This document shows positions 56,805 to 64,000 of a stretch of DNA of 64,000 nt, piece after piece. The stretch's first letter is position 1. The number at the start of each line of letters is the position of its first letter. The stretch comes from Eledone cirrhosa. Taxonomy: Eukaryota. The notes under the pieces were generated by a model, which was given only the letters and a program-made list of their open reading frames with translations, made no database searches and was not told the origin of the DNA. Where the stretch lies: NCBI GenBank assembly GCA_964016885.1, contig OZ024741.1, forward strand, positions 48,670,001 through 48,734,000, read 5' to 3'. Position numbers and translations under genes: made by a program.

Positions 56805-59382
56805 CTTCACTACTACGGTCTAAATATTGTCCGCTATTACAGTCTAAATATTCTCCACTATTACAGTCTAAATATTCTCCGCTATTAGGGTCTAAATATT
56901 CTCCACTATTAGGGTCTAAATATTCTCAACTATTGCAGTCTAAATATTCTCCGCTATTACAGTCTAAATATTCTTCACTACTACGGTCTAAATATTCTCC
57001 CCTATTACACTCTAAATATTCTTCACTACTACGGTCTAAATATTCTCCACTATTACAGTCTAAATATTCTCTGCTATTACAGTCTAAATATTCTCCACTA
57101 TTACAGTCTAAATATTCTCCACTACTACAGTCTAAATATTCTCCACTATTACAGTCTAAATATTCTTCACTACTACAGTCTAAATATTCTCCGCTATTAT
57201 AGTATAAATATTCTCCACTATTACAGTCTCAATATTCTCCACTATTACAGTCTAAATATTCTTCACTACTATGGTCTAAATATTCTCCGCTATTACAGTC
57301 TAAATATTCTCCACTATTACATTCTAAATATTCTTCACTACTATGGTCTAAATATTCTCCGCTATTACAGTCTAAATATTCTCCACTATTACAGTCTAAA
57401 TATTCTCCACTATTACAGTCTAAATATTCTTCACTACTATGGTCTAAATATTCTCCACTATTACAGTCTAAATATTCTCCACTATTAGGGTCTAAATATT
57501 TTCCACTATTACAGTCTAAATATTCTCCACTATTCCAGTCTAAATATTCTCCGCTATTACAGTCTAAATATTCTCCACTATTACAGTGTAAATATTCTCC
57601 ACTATTACAGTCTAAATATTCCTCATTACTACGTCTAAATATTCTCCGCTATTACAGTCTAAATATTCTCCACTATTACAGTCTCGATATTCTCCACTAT
57701 TACAGTCTAAATATTCTTCACTACTACGGTCTAAATATTCTCCGCTATTACAGTCTAAATATTCTCCACTATTACAGTCTAAATATTCTCCACTATTACA
57801 GTCTAAATATTCTCCACTATTAGGGTCTAAATATTCTCCACTATTACAGTCTAAATATTCTCCACTATTAGGGTCTAAATATTCTCCACTATTAGGGTCT
57901 AAATATTCTTCACTATTAGGGTCTAAATATTCTCCACTATTACAGTCTAGAAATTCTCCACTATTACGGTCTAAATATTCTCCACAATTACAATCTAAAT
58001 ATTCTCCACTATTAGGGTCTAAATATTCTCCGCTATTACAGTCTAAATATTCTCCACTATTAGGGTCTAAATATTCTGCACTATTAGGGTCTAAATATTC
58101 TCCACTATTACAGTCTACATATTCTCCACTATTACAGTCTAAATATTCTCCACTATTACAGTCTAAATATTCTCCACTATTAGGGTCTAAATATTCTCCA
58201 CTATTAGGGTCTAAATATTCTCCACTATTACGGTCTAAATATTCTCCGCTATTACAGTCTAAATATTCTCCACTATTACGGTCTAAATATTCTCCACTAT
58301 TACAGTCTAAATATTCTCCACTATTACAGTCTAAATATTCTCCGCTATTAGGGTCTAAATATTCTCCACTATTAGGGTCTAAATATTCTCCACTACTACG
58401 GTCTAAATATTCTCCATATTAGGGTCTAAATATTCTCCACTATTAGGGTCTAAATATTCTCCACTATTACAGTCTAAATATTCTCCACTATTACAGTCTA
58501 TATATTCTCCACAATTACAACCTAAATATTCTCCACTATTAGGGTCTAAATATTCTCCACTATTACAGTCTAAATATTCTCCACTATTAGGGTCTAAATA
58601 TTCTCCGCTATTAGGGTCTAAATATTCTCCACTATTAGGGTCTAAATATTCTCCACTATTACAGTCTAAGTATTCTCCACTATTACAGTCTAAATATTCT
58701 CCACTATTACAGTCTAAACATTCTCCGCTATTACAGTCTAAATATTCTCTACTATTACAGTCTAAATATTCTCCACTATTACAGTCTAAATATTCTCCAC
58801 TATTACAGTCTAAATATTCTTCACTACTACGGTCTAAATATTCTCCGGTATTACAGTCTAAATATTCTCCACTATTACAGTCTAAATATTCTCCACTATT
58901 ACGATCTAAATATTCTCCACTATTACAGTCTAAATATTCTTCACTATTACAGTCTAAATATTCTTCACTACTACGGTCTAAATATTGTTTGCTATTACAG
59001 TCTAAATATTCTCCACTATTACAGTCTAAATATTCTCCGCTATTAGGGTCTAAATATTCTCCACTATTAGGGTCTAAATATTCTCCACTATTACAGTCTA
59101 AATATTCTTCACTACTACGGTCTAAATATTCTCCACTATTACAGTCTAAATATTCTCTGCTATTACAGTCTAAATATTCTCCACTATTACAGTCTAAATA
59201 TTCTTCACTACTACAGTCTAAATATTCTCTGCTATTACAGTCTAAATATTCTCCACTATTACAGTCTCAATATTCTCCACTATTACAGTCTAAATATTCT
59301 TCACTACTATGGTCTAAATATTCTCCGCTATTACAGTCTAAATATTCTCCACTATTACAGTCTAAATATTCTTCACTACTAT

Positions 59383-62300
59383 GGTCTAAATATTCTCCAC
59401 TATTACAGTCTAAATATTCTCCACTATTAGGGTCTAAATATTTCCCACTAATACAGTCTAAATATTCTCCACTATTCCAGTCTAAATATCCTCCGCTATT
59501 ACAGTCTAAATATTCTTCACTACTACGGTCTAAATATTCTCCACTATTACAGTCTAAATATTCTCCACTATTACAGTCTAAATATTCTTCACTACTACGG
59601 TCTAAACATTCTCCGCTATTACAATCTAAATATTCTCCACTACTACAGTCTAAATATTCTCCACTATTACAGTCTAAATATTCTCCGCTATTACAGTCTA
59701 AATATTCTTCACTACTACGTTCTAAATATTCTCCCCTATTACAGTCTAAATATTCTTCACTACTACGGTCTGAATATTCTCCACTATTACAGTCTAAATA
59801 TTCTCTGCTATTACAGTCTAAATATTCTCCACTATTACGGTCTAAATATTCTCCACTATTACAGTCTAAATATTCTCCACTATTACAGTCTAAACATTCT
59901 CCGCTATTAGGGTCTAAATATTCTCCACTATTAGGGTCTAAATATTCTCCACTATTAGGGTCTAAATATTCTCCACTATTACAGTCTAAATATTCTCCAC
60001 TATTACAGTCTAAATATTCTCCACAATTACAATCTAAATATTCTCCACTATTAGGGTCTAAATATTCTCCACTAATACAGTCTAAATATTCTCCACTATT
60101 AGGGTCTAAATATTCTCCGCTATTAGGGTCTAAATATTCTCCACTATTAGGGTCTAAATATTCTCCACTATTACAGTCTAAGTATTCTCTACTATTACAG
60201 TCTAAATATTCTCCACTATTACGGTCTAAACATTCTCCGCTATTACAGTCTAAATATTCTTCACTACTACGGTCTAAATATTCTCCACTATTACAGTATA
60301 AATATTCTCCGGTATTACAGTCTAAATATTCTCCACTATTACAGTCTAAATATTCTCCACTATTACAGTCTAAATATTCTCCACTATTACATTCTAAATA
60401 TTCTCCACTATTACAGTCTAAATATTCTCCACTATTACAGTCTAAATATTCTTCACTACTACGGTCTAAATATTCTCCGGTATTACAGTCTAAATATTCT
60501 CCACTATTACAGTCTAAATATTCTCCACTATTACAGTCTAAATATTCTCTACTATTACAGTCTAAATATTCTCCACTATTACAGTCTAAATATTCTTCAC
60601 TACTACGGTCTAAATATTGTCCGCTATTACAGTCTAAATATCTTCCACTATTACAGTCTAAATATTCTCCGCTATTAGGGTCTAAATATTCTCCACTATT
60701 AGGGTCTAAATATTCTCCACTACTACGGTCTAAATATTCTCCACTATTAGGTTCTAAATATTCTCCACTATTAGGGTCTAAATATTCTCCACTATTACAG
60801 TCTAAATATTCTCCACATTTACAGTCTAAATATTCTCCACTATTACAGTCTAAATATTCTCCACTATTAGGGTCTAAATATTCTCCACTATTAGGGTCTA
60901 AATATTCTCCACTATTACAGTCTAAATATTCTCCGCTATTACAGTCTAAATATTCTTCACTACTACGTTCTAAATATTCTCCCCTATTACAGTCTAAATA
61001 TTCTTCACTACTACGGTCTAAATATTCTCCACTATTACAGTCTAAATATTCTCTGCTATTACAGTCTAAATATTCTCCACTACTACAGTCTAAATATTCT
61101 CCACTATTACATTCTAAATATTCTTCACTACTACAGTATAAATATTCTCCACTATTACAGTCTAAATATTCTCCACTATTACAGTCTAAATATTCTCCAC
61201 TATTGCAGTCTAAATATTCTTCACTACTTCGGTCTAAATATTCTCCACTATTACAGTCTAAATATTCTCCACTATTAGGGTCTAAATATTTTCCACTATT
61301 ACAGTCTAAATATTCTCCACTATTACAGTCTAAATATCCTCCACTATTACAGTCTAAATATTCTTCACTACTACGGTCTAAATATTGTCTGCTATTACAG
61401 TCTAAATATTCTCCACTATTACAGTCTAAATATTCTTCACTACTACGGTCTAAATATTCTCCACTATTACAGTCTAAATATTCTCCACTATTACGGTCTA
61501 AATATTCTCCACTATTACGGTCTAAATATTCTCCACTATTACAGTCTAGATATTCTCCACTATTACAGTCTAAATATTCTCCACTACTACAGTCTAAATA
61601 TTCTCCACTATTAGGGTCTAAATATTCTCCACTATTACAGTCTAAATATTCTCCACTATTAGGGTCTAAATATTTCCCACTAATACAGTCTAAATATTCT
61701 CCACTATTCCAGTCTAAATATCCTCCGCTATTACAGTCTAAATATTCTTCACTACTACGGTCTAAATATTCTCCACTATTACAGTCTAAATATTCTCCAC
61801 TATTACAGTCTAAATATTCTTCACTACTACGGTCTAAACATTCTCCGCTATTACAATCTAAATATTCTCCACTACTACAGTCTAAATATTCTCCACTATT
61901 ACAGTCTAAATATTCTCCGCTATTACAGTCTAAATATTCTTCACTACTACGTTCTAAATATTCTCCCCTATTACAGTCTAAATATTCTTCACTACTACGG
62001 TCTAAATATTCTCCACTATTACAGTCTAAATATTCTCTGCTATTACAGTCTAAATATTCTCCACTATTACGGTCTAAATATTCTCCACTATTACAGTCTA
62101 AATATTCTCCACTATTACAGTCTAAACATTCTCCGCTATTAGGGTCTAAATATTCTCCACTATTAGGGTCTAAATATTCTCCACTATTAGGGTCTAAATA
62201 TTCTCCACTATTACAGTCTAAATATTCTCCACTATTACAGTCTAAATATTCTCCACAATTACAATCTAAATATTCTCCACTATTAGGGTCTAAATATTCT

Positions 62301-63870
62301 CCACTAATACAGTCTAAATATTCTCCACTATTAGGGTCTAAATATTCTCCGCTATTAGGGTCTAAATATTCTCCACTATTAGGGTCTAAATATTCTCCAC
62401 TATTACAGTCTAAGTATTCTCTACTATTACAGTCTAAATATTCTCCACTATTACGGTCTAAACATTCTCCGCTATTACAGTCTAAATATTCTTCACTACT
62501 ACGGTCTAAATATTCTCCACTATTACAGTCTAAATATTCTCCGGTATTACAGTCTAAATATTCTCCACTATTACAGTCTAAATATTCTCCACTATTACAG
62601 TCTAAATATTCTCCACTATTACATTCTAAATATTCTCCACTATTACAGTCTAAATATTCTCCACTATTACAGTCTAAATATTCTTCACTACTACGGTCTA
62701 AATATTCTCCGGTATTACAGTCTAAATATTCTCCACTATTACAGTCTAAATATTCTCCACTATTACAGTCTAAATATTCTCTACTATTACAGTCTAAATA
62801 TTCTCCACTATTACAGTCTAAATATTCTTCACTACTACGGTCTAAATATTGTCCGCTATTACAGTCTAAATATCTTCCACTATTACAGTCTAAATATTCT
62901 CCGCTATTAGGGTCTAAATATTCTCCACTATTAGGGTCTAAATATTCTCCACTACTACGGTCTAAATATTCTCCACTATTAGGTTCTAAATATTCTCCAC
63001 TATTAGGGTCTAAATATTCTCCACTATTACAGTCTAAATATTCTCCACATTTACAGTCTAAATATTCTCCACTATTACAGTCTAAATATTCTCCACTATT
63101 AGGGTCTAAATATTCTCCACTATTAGGGTCTAAATATTCTCCACTATTACAGTCTAAATATTCTCCGCTATTACAGTCTAAATATTCTTCACTACTACGT
63201 TCTAAATATTCTCCCCTATTACAGTCTAAATATTCTTCACTACTACGGTCTAAATATTCTCCACTATTACAGTCTAAATATTCTCTGCTATTACAGTCTA
63301 AATATTCTCCACTACTACAGTCTAAATATTCTCCACTATTACATTCTAAATATTCTTCACTACTACAGTATAAATATTCTCCACTATTACAGTCTAAATA
63401 TTCTCCACTATTACAGTCTAAATATTCTCCACTATTGCAGTCTAAATATTCTTCACTACTTCGGTCTAAATATTCTCCACTATTACAGTCTAAATATTCT
63501 CCACTATTAGGGTCTAAATATTTTCCACTATTACAGTCTAAATATTCTCCACTATTACAGTCTAAATATCCTCCACTATTACAGTCTAAATATTCTTCAC
63601 TACTACGGTCTAAATATTGTCTGCTATTACAGTCTAAATATTCTCCACTATTACAGTCTAAATATTCTTCACTACTACGGTCTAAATATTCTCCACTATT
63701 ACAGTCTAAATATTCTCCACTATTACGGTCTAAATATTCTCCACTATTACGGTCTAAATATTCTCCACTATTACAGTCTAGATATTCTCCACTATTACAG
63801 TCTAAATATTCTCCACTACTACAGTCTAAATATTCTCCACTATTAGGGTCTAAATATTCTCCACTATTAC
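59383..63870. repeat. Near-perfect 2232-bp tandem duplication, exactly 93 monomers (59383-61638 / 61615-63870)
   Basis: TTTCCCACTAATAC occurs at 59441 and 61673. The whole variant series (CCACATTTAC, TATCTTCCAC, CTACTTCGG, TATTGTCTGC) repeats at +2232. Confidence 0.92.
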
Positions 63871-64000
63871 GGTCTAAATATTCTCCACTATTAGGGTCTA
63901 AATATTCTCCACTATTACAGTCTAAATATTCTCCACTATTAGGGTCTAAATATTCTTCACTACTACGGTTTAAATATTCTCCACTATAACGGTCTAAATA

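Larger units (their letters stand above)
56787..64000. repeat. 24-bp tandem satellite array, right arm, enriched in the CTATTAGGGTCT variant; runs off the window end
   Basis: The same monomer resumes in the same orientation after the insertion. TTAGGG-containing monomers are frequent. Confidence 0.99.

Noticed and set aside
56697-56888. 63-aa ORF MTLPFILTG... with non-repetitive N-terminus
   Set aside because: Chance TTG-initiated read-through from the SINE body into satellite; no coding features.
1222-57202. Dozens of ORFs of 60-641 aa with 8-aa repeats as protein-coding genes
   Set aside because: They arise because the 24-bp monomer lacks stops in several frames. They overlap in different frames, start at chance TTG/ATG variants, are broken by 1-bp indels and stops, and have no unique sequence.
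1-64000. CRISPR array (24-bp repeats)
   Set aside because: Monomers are directly head-to-tail with no unique spacers, leader or cas genes.
56060-64000. True telomere or interstitial telomeric array
   Set aside because: TTAGGG occurs only as single hexamers within 24-bp monomers, never as (TTAGGG)n.
1-64000. Programmed diversification system (DGR, antigenic-variation cassettes, information-encoding repeats)
   Set aside because: There is no reverse transcriptase, recombinase or expression locus. The variant patterns are explained by point mutation plus in-register duplication.

Overview
This window is eukaryotic satellite DNA. About 99.7% of it is one head-to-tail array of a 24-bp monomer (consensus CTATTACAGTCTAAATATTCTCCA, 29% GC, one G per monomer on the + strand), roughly 2,660 copies in a single orientation. 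I find no credible protein-coding gene: the long ORFs (LLQSKYSP / YYSLNILH / GEYLDCNS repeats) are the stop-free frames of the monomer. The only non-satellite sequence is a 184-bp tRNA-derived SINE at 56603-56786, with Pol III A/B boxes and a perfect 18-bp target-site duplication. From memory it resembles the abundant Octopus/cephalopod SINEs with a Meta-type core; this is unverified. Rare monomer variants reveal nested higher-order duplications with periods of 288, 503, 576, 717, 1218, 1247, 1342, 2232, 2275, 2368, 4069/4285 and 7586 bp. They also show a linked second monomer type, a conserved order of variants, and a switch near 56 kb to a sub-domain rich in TTAGGG-containing monomers that becomes indel-free. 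I see no evidence of a new gene-encoded system. The interest lies in satellite architecture and in the SINE insertion.
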